A DNA stretch of 64,000 nt from an uncultured Rhodobacter sp. (GTDB lineage: Bacteria > Pseudomonadota > Alphaproteobacteria > Rhodobacterales > Rhodobacteraceae), in the NCBI GenBank assembly GCA_964496915.1, contig CAZCAX010000002.1:247553-311552 (forward strand), in the 5' to 3' direction. The position numbers and the translations under genes are program-made. How positions within the stretch are numbered: position 1 is the first letter of the stretch; each line of letters starts with the position of its first letter. Shown here piece by piece: positions 43,316 to 53,923 of this stretch. The notes below the pieces were generated by a model. The model was given only the letters and a program-made list of their open reading frames with translations, did no database searches and was not told the DNA's origin.

Positions 43316-44188
43316 ATGAGCCCCACCGATACCGGCGCGGATAGCGGCAAGGATACGGGCGAGCATTTCTCTCGGCTACGGCACTATTTCGCCCGTTCCG
43401 AACGCAATTACGAACGGATGCTGGATGGCGCCAAGCACTTTGGCTACCATCCGGCCGGGCGCAAGGTTTCGGAGCGCGAAGCGCGCGATCTGTTGCATGA
43501 TCTGGTCGCCGAGCGGCTGGGTCTGAGCGCCGAAGACCGGGTTCTGGATGCCGGTTGCGGGCAGGGCGTGGTGGCGAGCGATCTGGCGCGCAAGACCGGC
43601 TGCCGGATCGACGGGATCACCGTGCTGGATTTCGAGGTGCCCAAGGCGCAGGCCCGCGCCAAGGCGGCAGGCGTCGAGGGGCGCACGCGGTTTCAACTGA
43701 TGGATTACAGCGCCACAAGCTTTGACGATGCCACATTCGATGCGGTCTATACCACCGAAACGCTGTCGCATTCGCCCGATATCCGCCAGACCCTGCGCGA
43801 GTTGCACCGCGTGCTCAAGCCCGGCGGGCGGGTGGCGTTTTTCGAATATTCCATTGCCGAAACCGATGCCTTCACGCCGCGCGAATGGACGCTTTTCGAA
43901 CGTGTCGCGCGCGGCTCGGCCATGGTGGGGCTGCATGAATTTCGCAATGACCGCTTCCATGAGGTGATGGAAGCGGCCGGTTTCCGCAATGTGCAGACCG
44001 AGAACATCACTGCGAATATGCTCCCCTCGCTGGCGCGGTTGCAACGCTTCGCGCTCTTGCCCTACTATCTGGCGACCTGGCCCTTTGGCCGCCAGGAACA
44101 GAACCCCAACCGCAGCGCTGCCGTGATCTACCATTCGATGGTTCGCAAGGGGCTGGTGCGCTATAATATTTTCACTGCCCGCAAGTGA
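43316..44188 (+). CDS. Class I SAM-dependent methyltransferase
   Basis: VLDAGCGQGVVASDLA (motif I), LKPGGRVAFFEY. Start at ATG 43316, which follows AGGAG. Confidence 0.8.
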   Translation: MSPTDTGADSGKDTGEHFSRLRHYFARSERNYERMLDGAKHFGYHPAGRKVSEREARDLLHDLVAERLGLSAEDRVLDAGCGQGVVASDLARKTGCRIDGITVLDFEVPKAQARAKAAGVEGRTRFQLMDYSATSFDDATFDAVYTTETLSHSPDIRQTLRELHRVLKPGGRVAFFEYSIAETDAFTPREWTLFERVARGSAMVGLHEFRNDRFHEVMEAAGFRNVQTENITANMLPSLARLQRFALLPYYLATWPFGRQEQNPNRSAAVIYHSMVRKGLVRYNIFTARK

Positions 44189-44364
44189 ACGGGGCCGCGC
44201 GCCGTCCGTTCCGTGTGCCCTTGGAAAAACTGTGACCGAATCAAGGCACTATCGCTTCCCTGTCATCGCGCTGTGAAAAGGCATTCGGGCTGGGCCTATT
44301 GCCGCCCCGGCCTGGCTGGACTAAGCAGAAGCTTGGCGGTTTGGGGCAGTCTGAAAGGAATTTT

Positions 44365-45150
44365 ATGCGGATTTTGGTTACCAATGACGATGGCATCAAC
44401 GCACCGGGGCTGAAGGTTCTGGAGCAGATTGCAGTGGAAATCGCCGGACCGAAGGGCGAGGTCTGGGTCGTCGCACCCGCCTTTGAGCAGTCAGGTGTGG
44501 CGCACAAGATCAGCTACACCCATCCGATGATGATCGCCAAACTGGGCCCGCGCCGTTATGCCGCCGAGGGCAGCCCGGCCGATTGCGTGCTGGCCGGATA
44601 TTACGATGTCTTGCAGGGCGCCCAGCCCGATCTGGTCCTTTCAGGCGTGAACCGGGGCAACAACGCGGCCGAAAACGCGCTTTATTCCGGCACGGTCGGT
44701 GGTGCGATGGAAGCCGCGTTACAGGGCCTTCCGGCGATTGCCCTGTCGCAATACATGGGCCCGCTGACCGAGGATATGTCTGACCCGTTTGAACCCGCGA
44801 TCGAGCATGGCGCTGGCGTGGTACGCGCGCTTCTGGACAAGGGGCTGTGGGATGCGGGCGACTATCGTTTGTTCTACAGCGTCAACTTTCCACCCGTTCC
44901 GGGTGCGCAGGTCAAGGGCATGAAGGTTGCCGCGCAGGGTTATCGCAAGGATACGTTCTTTGGCATCGAGCCGCATATCTCTCCCTCGGGGCGCCGGTTC
45001 CTGTGGATCAAGGGCGGGCCGCAGCATCTGCCCACCGCGCCCGGCACGGATGCCGCCGCCAATCTGGATGGCTGGATCTCGGTCACGCCGATGCGCGCCG
45101 ATCTCACCGCCCATGATGCACTCGATGCGGTGCGGGAGCGCCTTGAATGA
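44365..45150 (+). CDS. surE: 5'/3'-nucleotidase SurE
   Basis: [41 protein letters not shown]. Confidence 0.95.
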   Translation: MRILVTNDDGINAPGLKVLEQIAVEIAGPKGEVWVVAPAFEQSGVAHKISYTHPMMIAKLGPRRYAAEGSPADCVLAGYYDVLQGAQPDLVLSGVNRGNNAAENALYSGTVGGAMEAALQGLPAIALSQYMGPLTEDMSDPFEPAIEHGAGVVRALLDKGLWDAGDYRLFYSVNFPPVPGAQVKGMKVAAQGYRKDTFFGIEPHISPSGRRFLWIKGGPQHLPTAPGTDAAANLDGWISVTPMRADLTAHDALDAVRERLE

Positions 45151-45797
45151 ACGATGACGCCCAGGCGGCAGAACGGATCATGCGCTTCATCTATGCGCTG
45201 CGCTCCAAGGGCGTGACCGATCCGGCGGTGCTGCGGGCGATGGAACGGATCGACCGTGGCGCCTTTGTGCGCGGCATCTTTGCCGAACGCGCCTACGAGG
45301 ACATGCCGCTGCCGATCGCCTGCGGCCAGACCATCAGTCAGCCCTCGGTGGTGGCGCTGATGACCGAGGCGCTTGAGGTCTCGCCGCGCGACAAGGTGTT
45401 GGAGGTTGGCACCGGCTCGGGCTATCAGGCGGCGATCCTCAGTCAGCTGGCGCGCAGGGTCTACACGGTTGAACGGCACCGGCGGCTGGTGCTGGAGGCC
45501 CGCGCGGTGTTCGAGGCGCTGAACCTCGTGAACATCACCGCCCTGTCCGCCGATGGCTCGTTCGGTCTGCCTGAACAGGCGCCGTTCGACCGCATCATCG
45601 TCACCGCCGCTGCCGAAGATCCGCCCGGCCCGCTGCTGGCGCAGCTCCGCGTCGGCGGGGTCATGGTGGTGCCGGTGGGGCAGTCGGACACGGTGCAAAG
45701 CCTGATCAAGGTGCGGCGCACGGAGACCGGCTTTGACTATGAGGAATTGCGCCCGGTGCGTTTTGTGCCACTGCTTGAGGGTATGGCGCAGGACTGA
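45147..45797 (+). CDS. pcm: Protein-L-isoaspartate O-methyltransferase
   Basis: [33 protein letters not shown] overlap with surE. Confidence 0.95.
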   Translation: MNDDAQAAERIMRFIYALRSKGVTDPAVLRAMERIDRGAFVRGIFAERAYEDMPLPIACGQTISQPSVVALMTEALEVSPRDKVLEVGTGSGYQAAILSQLARRVYTVERHRRLVLEARAVFEALNLVNITALSADGSFGLPEQAPFDRIIVTAAAEDPPGPLLAQLRVGGVMVVPVGQSDTVQSLIKVRRTETGFDYEELRPVRFVPLLEGMAQD

Positions 45798-45945
45798 AAC
45801 GTGCACCCGATGCGCAAGGATTCTACTGCACATTGTGGTGATGGGCTGTCACTTGCGTGTAAAATGGGTATAAACGGCCTATCCGGGCGGCTCGGGCGCA
45901 AGCCACAGGGGGCGCTGGCATCGGCCATCACAAGCTGGGGCAGGC

Positions 45946-47220
45946 ATGAGCAGGACACTTTTCAACACGACACTTTCCGGTTTCGACAAGTCAGTGCAGC
46001 GTGCGCCGCTTCTGGCGACGATCGCGGTGACAGCGCTCGGCCTGGGAGCGTGCAGTACGACAGATATGGACTGGGATTTGCGGCGCTCTGGCGGCTTTTC
46101 TACCGCCGAGGCCGCGCGTCAGGCCACGCCGCGCCGCCCGCAACCTGATTCGCGCGGCGTGATCTCGTATCCAGGCTATCAGGTGGCCATTGCCCAGCCG
46201 GGCGAAAGGGCGCGCGACGTTGCGGCGCGGCTGGGCGTGGATGCCGCAGCGCTGGCGCGGCACAACGCCATCGACGCCGATGCCGTGTTGCGCGGTGGCG
46301 AGACCCTGGTCCTGCCCTCGCGCGTGGCCGAGGGAACGGGCATGCCGCCTTCGGCGGGCACCGGGCCTATTGCCGTCACACCGCTGGATCGCACGGTCCC
46401 GAGCGCCGCCACCGGCGCCGAACCGGTTCGCCATCAGGTGCGCCGCGGTGAGACGGTCTTCACGATCGCGCGGCTTTATGATGTGCCGGCACGCTCGCTT
46501 GCCGAATGGAACGGGCTGCCTGCCGATATGGCGGTGCGCGAGGGGCAGATATTGATCGTGCCGATGCCGCAAAGCATCAGCCAGGCCGCCGCCAACCAGA
46601 CTGCTGCGTTGCAACAACCCGGCACCACGCCGACACCGCCGACAGTGCCTGCCGACACGGCGTTGCCCGCGCCCCAGACGCAACCGCAGACACCGCCGCA
46701 AAGCACCGCGCCCGCCACCACGGCGCCCGGCCGCGGCTCGCCGACTCCGGTGCCGCCCTCTGCCTCGCAGCCGCTGCCCGCCGAAGATCCGGCACCGGCA
46801 GGGCAGGGCACCGCTGCAAGTGCACCCGCCGCGCCGCCCGTGGCCGACATGTCAGGGCAGCGGACAGAAGGGCCGCGCCTGGCGATGCCGGTCGAGGGCC
46901 GTATCATCCGCGCCTATGCGCGCGGTCGAAATGACGGTATCGGCATCGGTGCCCCGGCGGGCACGCAGGTGCGCGCGGCCGCCGCCGGAACGGTTGCGGC
47001 GATTACGCGGGATACCGATCAGGTGCCGATCCTGGTTGTCCGGCATGAAAACAACCTGCTGACCGTCTATGCCAATATCGATGATATCAGCGTCGAACGC
47101 GGCGCGCGGGTTACACGCGGGCAGGTGCTTGCCACGGTCCGGCAGGGCGATCCGTCCTTCCTGCATTTCGAGGTCCGCGAAGGTTTCGAAAGCGTCGATC
47201 CGATGCCTTATCTGCAATAA
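45946..47220 (+). CDS. nlpD: LysM + M23 peptidase lipoprotein (NlpD-like)
   Basis: Lipobox-like LGLGAC, two LysM-like segments, a Pro/Thr/Ala-rich linker and an M23 C-terminus (GIGIGAPAGTQVRAAAAGTV...HFEVR). Lies in surE-pcm-nlpD synteny. Confidence 0.9.
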   Translation: MSRTLFNTTLSGFDKSVQRAPLLATIAVTALGLGACSTTDMDWDLRRSGGFSTAEAARQATPRRPQPDSRGVISYPGYQVAIAQPGERARDVAARLGVDAAALARHNAIDADAVLRGGETLVLPSRVAEGTGMPPSAGTGPIAVTPLDRTVPSAATGAEPVRHQVRRGETVFTIARLYDVPARSLAEWNGLPADMAVREGQILIVPMPQSISQAAANQTAALQQPGTTPTPPTVPADTALPAPQTQPQTPPQSTAPATTAPGRGSPTPVPPSASQPLPAEDPAPAGQGTAASAPAAPPVADMSGQRTEGPRLAMPVEGRIIRAYARGRNDGIGIGAPAGTQVRAAAAGTVAAITRDTDQVPILVVRHENNLLTVYANIDDISVERGARVTRGQVLATVRQGDPSFLHFEVREGFESVDPMPYLQ

Positions 47221-47251
47221 CGGTTGGCGGCGGATCACTCCTACCCGTTTT

Positions 47252-47310
47252 GTGTCTGAAAATATCCTGGGGGTGAATGGGCCTCAGGCCCAGAGGGGGC
47301 AAAGCCCCCC
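47252..47310. repeat. Intergenic repeat family, copy D (inverted; core + GGGGGC-AAA-GCCCCC hairpin)
   Basis: Reverse complement GGCCTGAGGCCCATTCACCCCCAGGATATTTTCAGACAC. Lies between convergent stops (47220 / 47332). Confidence 0.8.
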
Positions 47311-47331
47311 CGCTTTCGCTTGCTGCTGCCC

Positions 47332-48570
47332 TCAGCGACGGCGCAGTGCGGCGCGCTGGGCTTCTTCCTCGACCCAAGCGAGCAGCCCGTTCATCAAGGC
47401 CTCGGCCATGCGGGCGCGCCAGGCGGGGTCCTGAAGGTTGGCCAGGTCATGCGCGCTGGACATGAAGCCGACTTCCAGCAGGACTGAAGGAATATCCGGC
47501 GCCTTGAGCACTGAAAAAGCGCCTTCCTGGCGCGCGCGGCGATGCGTGGCCAGCCCTTCGGCGACAATCGCGTCCAGCAATGCGGTCGTCAGCCGATCTG
47601 TGACCGGCCGGGTTTCGGTGCGCGCAATATCCATCAGGACACCGGCGACAACATCGTCAGCCCCGCTCAGATCCACACCGCCGCCCAGCAGGTCGGCGCG
47701 GTCGTGGCGTTCTGCCAGGGCGGCGGCGGCAGCGTCGCTGGCCTGATTGGCCAGAGTGTAAAGCGTTGCTCCCGAGGCCCCGCCATCGGCCAATGCATCG
47801 GCATGCAGCGACAGGAATACATCCGCCCCCGCCTGCCGCGCCACGCGGATACGCCCTTCCAGCGAGACAAAGACATCCGCCTCGCGTGTCATCACCACCT
47901 CGAAAGCACCGCTGCGGCGCAGCGTGTCGGCCAGTTCGCGCGCGAAGGTCAGCATCAGGTCGGATTCGCGCAGGCTGCCGTTCACAGCGCCCGGATCGAC
48001 GCCGCCATGTCCCGGATCCAGCACCACGACTGAAGGCCGCATCCCCAGGGGGGGCGGCGGGGAAGGAGCGTGGTAGGGGGCATCGCCTGCCGGGGGCTGC
48101 ACACGGCTGGCGTATGCCTCGGCGCTGACCGGAACCAGGCGCAGAACCAGCCGCGCCGCGCCGCTCGCGGGGTCGGTGCGCATGGCGACGGTTGCAAAAT
48201 CCATTGGCTGCGCCAGTTCCAGCACCATCCGGGACCAGCCACCATCGGCCTGCCCCAGCCGGATTGCTGTAAGCGGGGCGGGCAGGGAGAGTGCGGCGGT
48301 GTCCAGCCCGGTCCAGTCGATGCGGCGAAAATCGACCATGGCACGCATCGGCGCGTCAACAAGCTGCACGCGATGCGGCACCGGCTGGGTCAAGGGCAGT
48401 TCAACAACCAGCGCCCCGCCCTCGCGCCGCAACTCGGCGGGCCCCGTGATTCGCGCGATCGCGCCCATGTCCTGCGCCGTGGCGACGCCTGCCAGAAAGG
48501 CCAGCATCACTCCTGCCACCATCCCCCACAGTCGGGTGATTGTTGACTGTTGCCTGTCTGATTGTTTCAC
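47332..48570 (-). CDS. N-acetylmuramoyl-L-alanine amidase (AMIN + Amidase_3)
   Basis: VVVLDPGHGGVDPGA, DVFLSLHADA, PSVLLEVGFMS. The start is uncertain: GTG 48570 or ATG 48522, both ahead of the signal peptide. Confidence 0.9.
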   Translation of the reverse strand: MKQSDRQQSTITRLWGMVAGVMLAFLAGVATAQDMGAIARITGPAELRREGGALVVELPLTQPVPHRVQLVDAPMRAMVDFRRIDWTGLDTAALSLPAPLTAIRLGQADGGWSRMVLELAQPMDFATVAMRTDPASGAARLVLRLVPVSAEAYASRVQPPAGDAPYHAPSPPPPLGMRPSVVVLDPGHGGVDPGAVNGSLRESDLMLTFARELADTLRRSGAFEVVMTREADVFVSLEGRIRVARQAGADVFLSLHADALADGGASGATLYTLANQASDAAAAALAERHDRADLLGGGVDLSGADDVVAGVLMDIARTETRPVTDRLTTALLDAIVAEGLATHRRARQEGAFSVLKAPDIPSVLLEVGFMSSAHDLANLQDPAWRARMAEALMNGLLAWVEEEAQRAALRRR

Positions 48571-48757
48571 CGCTCTGCCTTTGTTCGCGTCGTATTCTGA
48601 GCGCTCACCATAGCGGGCTTCGCACGGCCTTGGAATGCCCGGCACCACTCCCGGTTCCTTCACGTTCGAGTCAAACCGCGCGCCGTTTGTCGATCCGCCC
48701 TTGATCTTGCCGGCCTTGACAGGACACAGTCAGGCAAAACCCAGATCTGGAGTTCGC

Positions 48758-49531
48758 ATGTTTCGTCCCCTCGCCGCATCGGTCGTGTCTGCCGCCCTTC
48801 TTCTTGCCGCGCCGCTTGGCGCCCAGACCGGGGCCTTCAGCGAGCCGATGGGCGATGCCGATCGTGCCGCCCTGCGCGCCGAGATCCGCGCCTATCTGAT
48901 GGAGCATCCTGAGGTCATCTTCGAGGCGGTCGCCGAATACGAGCGCCGCACCATGGCCCAACAGGCCGACATGGATTCAACCCTTGTCGAGATCAATGCC
49001 GAGGCGATCTACGCTGATGGCCATTCCTGGATTGGCGGCAACCCCGAGGGGGATATCACGTTGGTCGAGTTCATGGATTACCGCTGCAGCTTCTGCCGCC
49101 GCGCCTTTCCTCAGATGATGGAATTTGCGGGCGAGGATGGCAATGTACGGCTGATCATCAAGGAACTACCCATTCTTGGCCCGCAATCCGAGGTCATGAG
49201 CCGCTTTGCCGTGGCGGTTTTGCAGCTTGGTACCAGCGACCAGTATTTCGAGGTGCACGAGCGGCTGCTGGAATGGGAGGGCGATGTATCCGACAGCGCC
49301 CTTGGCGCGCTTGCCGTTGAACTGGGGCTGGAGGCCGAGGCGGTGCTGGCGCGGATGCGATCTTCGGAAGTGACCGAGGTTCTTGCCGAAAACCGTGCAC
49401 TGGCGCAGCGATTGCAGATCAGCGGCACGCCCAGTTTCGTGATCGGTAGGCCCGAGGGCCCGGGTGAGTTGCTGCGTGGCTTGCTGCCTGCGCCGGAATT
49501 GCACAACGTCGCGGCCCAACTGCGCGGCTGA
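48758..49531 (+). CDS. DsbA-family thiol:disulfide oxidoreductase, periplasmic
   Basis: Signal peptide, then FMDYRCSFCRR (CxxC) and the GTPSFVIG motif. GGAG before ATG 48758. Confidence 0.85.
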   Translation: MFRPLAASVVSAALLLAAPLGAQTGAFSEPMGDADRAALRAEIRAYLMEHPEVIFEAVAEYERRTMAQQADMDSTLVEINAEAIYADGHSWIGGNPEGDITLVEFMDYRCSFCRRAFPQMMEFAGEDGNVRLIIKELPILGPQSEVMSRFAVAVLQLGTSDQYFEVHERLLEWEGDVSDSALGALAVELGLEAEAVLARMRSSEVTEVLAENRALAQRLQISGTPSFVIGRPEGPGELLRGLLPAPELHNVAAQLRG

Positions 49532-49761
49532 CACAATCCGCTGTCCGTTGACGCGGTGCGACAGGGCTTTCGCGCCGTGCCGGCGTCGTGGTCGGCGAAG
49601 GTTCCCTTCCTCGGGGCGGCTCGTTGAAGGGCCCAAATTATCGACAATTAATGCTTGCTAATTGGGCAGTTGCTTCGCAGATTGCAACAGTTCCTTTGTT
49701 CTCCGTGTTCCGCAAGGGCCGGGCGACAACAGAGAAAGACAAAGAATTGATACCCAGTCCC

Positions 49762-50805
49762 ATGATCATACGGGCATTCCGGTCAGTCTGGCGTTGCCTG
49801 TCCGGAGCGGTTTTTGCGCTGTTGGTGGCATCGTCGGTGGCGCTGCCTGATGCTGCATCCGTTTCCGCTGCGAACCCGGTGACGATTCCCGGTGCTGATG
49901 CCCCCGCCTTTACCGAGGCGCTGACGCATTGGTTGGCGGATGATGAGGAACCGGCGCTGCAGGCTTTTTCCACGCTCGCCCATCAGGGCAACCGAGCAGC
50001 GCAGATCCTTCTGGGACTAATCGACAAATCGGCGTCCTTGCAGGGGCCTTGGCTGGCCTCCTTGTCGCGCAACGAGCGCATCGCGCTGATGCGTGCGCCG
50101 GGTGGGCTGTCTGGGCAAAGCTGGCTTGCCAGTGCCGCCGATCATCCGCTGGCGGCCAACTGGCTGGCGCTTCTGTCGGTTGACGCCGGGTTGCCGGTGG
50201 TCCAGCGGTTTGTCGAACTGGGTGAAGTCCGCGCTGCGCGTGAGGCGGTGGTGGTGCTGGCCGCGCGCGAACATGCCGATCTGCGCGCTGTCGCGCCCGA
50301 ACTTCTGGAATCGGAGCTGACCTATATGCTCTGGCGCACCGCCGATGCCGAGCGGCGGGAGATGCTGCTGGCCTATGTCGCGCCCGACCATCCACAACGC
50401 CTGATGATGGGCGAGCAACGAATGTCCGAACACCTCGCGCGCTGGCTGGAACACTCTCCCGCCGCGCTTCCCATTTCAGCGCTGTGCGATGAGCGCTGCC
50501 CCGACAGCGGCGCCACCTGTCGCAGCGGCGCCTATCAGGCTCTGGCCAGCCATCGCGCCCTTCTGGTTCTGGGCAGCCCCGTCGAGGCATTGGTCAGCCA
50601 GGAGGACTTTCTGCGCAGCCCGCGCGGCCAGGCCACCGTTCTGCGCCGGATGCTGCAAAGCACCGATGCGCGCGGGCGCGGTGCGATGATCAGCCAGATG
50701 CGTGACCAGGACGCCTGCCTTGCCGAGGTTCTGTCGCAAGAGCGCACGCGCTACCATTACCGCCGTCCGGGCGTTGAAAACGGCACGCCCGTGCAGGCGG
50801 ACTGA
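49762..50805 (+). CDS. Hypothetical periplasmic protein (~347 aa)
   Basis: Signal-peptide-like N-terminus (MIIRAFRSVWRCLSGAVFALLVASSVALPDAAS), GC3-rich codon usage, mostly helical-looking Ala/Leu-rich sequence. No motif recognised. The start is uncertain because there is no clear SD. Confidence 0.6.
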   Translation: MIIRAFRSVWRCLSGAVFALLVASSVALPDAASVSAANPVTIPGADAPAFTEALTHWLADDEEPALQAFSTLAHQGNRAAQILLGLIDKSASLQGPWLASLSRNERIALMRAPGGLSGQSWLASAADHPLAANWLALLSVDAGLPVVQRFVELGEVRAAREAVVVLAAREHADLRAVAPELLESELTYMLWRTADAERREMLLAYVAPDHPQRLMMGEQRMSEHLARWLEHSPAALPISALCDERCPDSGATCRSGAYQALASHRALLVLGSPVEALVSQEDFLRSPRGQATVLRRMLQSTDARGRGAMISQMRDQDACLAEVLSQERTRYHYRRPGVENGTPVQAD

Positions 50806-50827
50806 ACCACACCAGCGCGCCGGGGCC

Positions 50828-51847
50828 TCAGCCGCGCTGGTAAAGACCCTCATAGATCGGGGTCAGTGTTTCCTGATCGAAAAGCGAGGAGACAGATGTT
50901 CCGTTCCAGGTGTTCAGAATCGCCTGGGCGAACAGGGGCGCGGTGGGCACGATACGGATGTTCGGCGCGGCTTTGACTGCCTCGGTCGGCTCGATGGAAT
51001 CGGTGATCACCAGTGATTTCATCACTGATTTCGTGATCCGCTCCACCGCCGGGCCGGACAGCACGCCATGGGTGATGTAGGAATGCACCTCGGTCGCGCC
51101 GGCTTCGATCAATACCTCGGCAGCCTTGCAAAGTGTTCCTGCGGTGTCGCAGATGTCATCGACGATGATGCAGGTCTTGCCGGTCACATCACCGATGACG
51201 GTCATCTCGGCAACCTCGCCGGGCTTCTCGCGCCGTTTGTCGACGATCGCCAGAGCACAGCCGATCCGCTTGGCCAGTTCGCGCGCGCGAGACACGCCGC
51301 CGACATCGGGTGAGACAACAGTGACATCCTGTAGCCGGCCGCGGAAATTATGCTCGACATCCAGCGCGAAAACCGGTGCGGCATAAAGGTTGTCCACCGG
51401 AATATCGAAAAATCCCTGGATCTGGGTTGCGTGAAGATCCAGCGTCAGCACCCGGTCGATGCCCGCCTCGTTGATCAGATTGGCTACCAGCTTGGCCGAA
51501 ATGGGCGTGCGTGCCTTGGTCCGACGGTCCTGCCGTGCGTAGCCGAAATAGGGGATTACCGCCGTGATCCGCGCCGCCGACGAGCGTTTGAGCGCGTCAG
51601 CGATGATCAGCAGTTCCATCAGGTTGTCATTGGCCGGGTTCGAGGTGGACTGGACGATGAACATGTCCTCGCCGCGCACATTCTCGAAGACTTCAACGAA
51701 GATCTCCTGATCATTGAAGCGCTCGACGCGGGCATCGACCAGCTTGACCGACATGCCCCGATGTAGGGACATGCGCCGCGCGATGGCCTGCGCCAACGGA
51801 CGGTTGGCGTTGCCGGAAATGAGTTTCGGTTCGGTCATGGCGGGCAT
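50828..51847 (-). CDS. prs: Ribose-phosphate pyrophosphokinase
   Basis: [49 protein letters not shown]. Start at ATG 51847 after GAGGA. The longer ORF-track extension was rejected. Confidence 0.95.
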   Translation of the reverse strand: MPAMTEPKLISGNANRPLAQAIARRMSLHRGMSVKLVDARVERFNDQEIFVEVFENVRGEDMFIVQSTSNPANDNLMELLIIADALKRSSAARITAVIPYFGYARQDRRTKARTPISAKLVANLINEAGIDRVLTLDLHATQIQGFFDIPVDNLYAAPVFALDVEHNFRGRLQDVTVVSPDVGGVSRARELAKRIGCALAIVDKRREKPGEVAEMTVIGDVTGKTCIIVDDICDTAGTLCKAAEVLIEAGATEVHSYITHGVLSGPAVERITKSVMKSLVITDSIEPTEAVKAAPNIRIVPTAPLFAQAILNTWNGTSVSSLFDQETLTPIYEGLYQRG

Positions 51848-51949
51848 GTCGGGTCCTCGGTGGCCTGTTAGAACGGGATTCCAGATGTTGACACCGCTTA
51901 TCACCCGGCTACGGTCTTGCAAACCCGAAGCCCCGCCCTGGAGCGCCGA

Positions 51950-52555
51950 ATGCTGCAAATCGATTACTATCTGACCCCTGTGTCGCCCTGGGTGCACATG
52001 GCCGGGCGGCGCCCCGCCGAACTGGCCGCCCGCCACGGCGCTGTGCTGCGCTATAAACCCGTTGATCCGGCAGCACTTTTTGCGCGGACCGGCGGGCTTA
52101 TGCTGAACGAACGGCATGAGAGCCGGCAGGAATACCGGATGCAGGAACTGCGGCGGCAGTCCTTGAAACTGGGCATTCCGCTGGTGCTGAAACCCGCGTA
52201 TTTCCCGACCAACCCTGCGCCCGCCGCTTATGCGATCATCGCGGCGCAGGAATCGGGGCAGGAGGGCGATATTCACGCGCTGGTGCAGGGGCTGACACGC
52301 GCCTGCTGGGAAGAAGAGCGCAACATTGCCGAGGATGACGTTATCCGCGATTGCCTGGCGCGCGCGGGGTTCGATCCGGGTCTGGCGATGTCCGGCCTTC
52401 TGACCGGGGCCGAGATTTATTCGCGCACCCTGGAAGAGGCCGTGCGCGTGGGTGTTTTCGGATTTCCGTTCTTCGTGGTGGGCGACGAGAAATTCTGGGG
52501 GCAGGATCGGATCGATGATCTGGCGCTTTGGCTGGAAGGCAAGCTTCAGTCATGA
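51950..52555 (+). CDS. 2-hydroxychromene-2-carboxylate isomerase-type DsbA-like protein
   Basis: [14 protein letters not shown] start, [22 protein letters not shown] end, typical of this DsbA subfamily. Confidence 0.8.
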   Translation: MLQIDYYLTPVSPWVHMAGRRPAELAARHGAVLRYKPVDPAALFARTGGLMLNERHESRQEYRMQELRRQSLKLGIPLVLKPAYFPTNPAPAAYAIIAAQESGQEGDIHALVQGLTRACWEEERNIAEDDVIRDCLARAGFDPGLAMSGLLTGAEIYSRTLEEAVRVGVFGFPFFVVGDEKFWGQDRIDDLALWLEGKLQS

Positions 52556-53355
52556 TCCATTCAACCCGAATGGGTGATCTCAACGGGCTTCCGACAGTCC
52601 TGGCGCATTGTTTTCTGGGTCATGGTGGCGGCTGGAAGCGCTTGCTGGCGGCGCTGGAAACACCGCTTGATGCCGTGGCTTTCGACCTGCCGGGCCACGG
52701 GCGTTCGGGCCCCTGGGACAGGAGGAGCGACCTGCACGCGGTGGCGACTGCGGCACTGGCAGCGCAGATCGGGCGGCCGTCACTGTTGATCGGTCATTCC
52801 TTTGGCGGCACGCTGGCGCTGCGTCAGGCACTGGAAGCGCCGGAAACGGTGCGCGGATTGGTGCTGATAGAGCCGGTTCTGTTCGCCGCCGCTCGCAACA
52901 CGCCTGCATTCGCCGACCATGTCGACGGCGAAACACCGTTGCGCGAAGCCTTTCATCGCGGCGATCTGGCCGAGGCCGGGCGCATCTTCTTTGCGCTGAA
53001 CGGCGATGAGGCGGGCTGGCATGCAATGCCCGCACCTGCGCGCGCGGTGATGATCCGGCAGATGGCGATGATCGATGCCACCCATCCTGTGTTGATGGAG
53101 GATAGCGCCGGCCTGCTGGTGCCGGGCCGGATGGCGGCGTTCGACAAACCGGTTCTGGTGCTGGCCGGGGCGGTGTCGCCGCCGATCTTTCCTGCCGCAG
53201 CGCGTGCCGTTGCGGCCGGTCTGCCACGCGCCGAATTTGCCACTGTCTCTGGCGCGGGTCATATGGCGCCCATAACCCACCCTGACGCCACCGCAGCTAT
53301 AATTGACGGCTGGTTGGCGCGCATCGGTTTGACCGAGAAACCCCGCGTCGGCTGA
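52552..53355 (+). CDS. Alpha/beta hydrolase
   Basis: HCFLGHGGGW, nucleophile elbow LIGHSFGG, C-terminal GAGHMAP. ATGA overlap with the upstream gene. Confidence 0.8.
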   Translation: MIHSTRMGDLNGLPTVLAHCFLGHGGGWKRLLAALETPLDAVAFDLPGHGRSGPWDRRSDLHAVATAALAAQIGRPSLLIGHSFGGTLALRQALEAPETVRGLVLIEPVLFAAARNTPAFADHVDGETPLREAFHRGDLAEAGRIFFALNGDEAGWHAMPAPARAVMIRQMAMIDATHPVLMEDSAGLLVPGRMAAFDKPVLVLAGAVSPPIFPAAARAVAAGLPRAEFATVSGAGHMAPITHPDATAAIIDGWLARIGLTEKPRVG

Positions 53356-53368
53356 CGCGGGGTTTCTC
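53335..53368. terminator. Perfect 15-bp stem hairpin at a convergent junction (bidirectional terminator candidate)
   Basis: GAGAAACCCCGCGTC-GGCT-GACGCGGGGTTTCTC. The 5' arm encodes the last codons of the hydrolase. Confidence 0.6.
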
Positions 53369-53389
53369 GCAACAATTTAATGAATGAAA

Positions 53390-53710
53390 TCAGGCCGCTT
53401 CGGCTTGTGCCGCAGCCATGCGACGCTCGCTTTCCTCGCGCGACAGCGCGACCGAGGTGCGCACACCATTGGCGACAAATTCCATCAGCCCGTTCACGAC
53501 ACGCTCGTTCGGATCGATCCCCGCACAGGTCAGCACTTCGCGACCATCGCGCGAGCGCGCCCAGCGGGCAATCTGTTCCGGCCCGTTGCCGTATTTCTTG
53601 TCATCGGCGATGGCGTCATCCAGCGCAGCCAGAACCACGGCGGCAAACAGCTTGCGGGCCCGCTGTCCCTGCTCGTGGTTGTACGCGGTGCCATCCACAA
53701 AATCGAACAT
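53390..53710 (-). CDS. Hypothetical 106-aa cytoplasmic protein
   Basis: Strong GC3 bias, AGGA upstream of ATG 53710. MFDFVDGTAYNHEQGQRARKLFAAVVLAALDDAIADDKKYGNGPEQIARWARSRDGREVLTCAGIDP... No family recognised. Confidence 0.65.
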   Translation of the reverse strand: MFDFVDGTAYNHEQGQRARKLFAAVVLAALDDAIADDKKYGNGPEQIARWARSRDGREVLTCAGIDPNERVVNGLMEFVANGVRTSVALSREESERRMAAAQAEAA

Positions 53711-53923
53711 TCTTACCGTCCTTATTCTTGCTCTTGCATTTTCTGGCGTCGGTCTCTGTAACGGTTTATTGCCGCGATTCGCTACCGATCTGTTGCATGG
53801 CTGTCATGCGCTAGGCGCATATCTGCTCAAATTCGCAGCCGTATCTGGTAAGCTTGTCAGCATGAGACACCCAAGATATAGGAACGAACCAAGCGATCTC
53901 AACACTTTCTCAAGAGTTTTCTC

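Noticed and set aside
46600-46850. Repetitive-looking Pro/Thr/Ala/Gln-rich DNA in nlpD. The same applies to the Ala/Glu/Lys-rich tail of tatB (37750-38110) and the Gly-rich linker of ssb (3010-3140).
   Set aside because: These are in-frame low-complexity linkers typical of these proteins. They are not tandem DNA repeats, CRISPR arrays or separate features.
49648-49662. TTAA-N7-TAAT, a possible CtrA box upstream of the 347-aa periplasmic protein gene
   Set aside because: The second half-site is wrong (TAAT rather than TTAA). The match sits in a generally AT-rich stretch where such near-matches arise by chance. There is no independent support.
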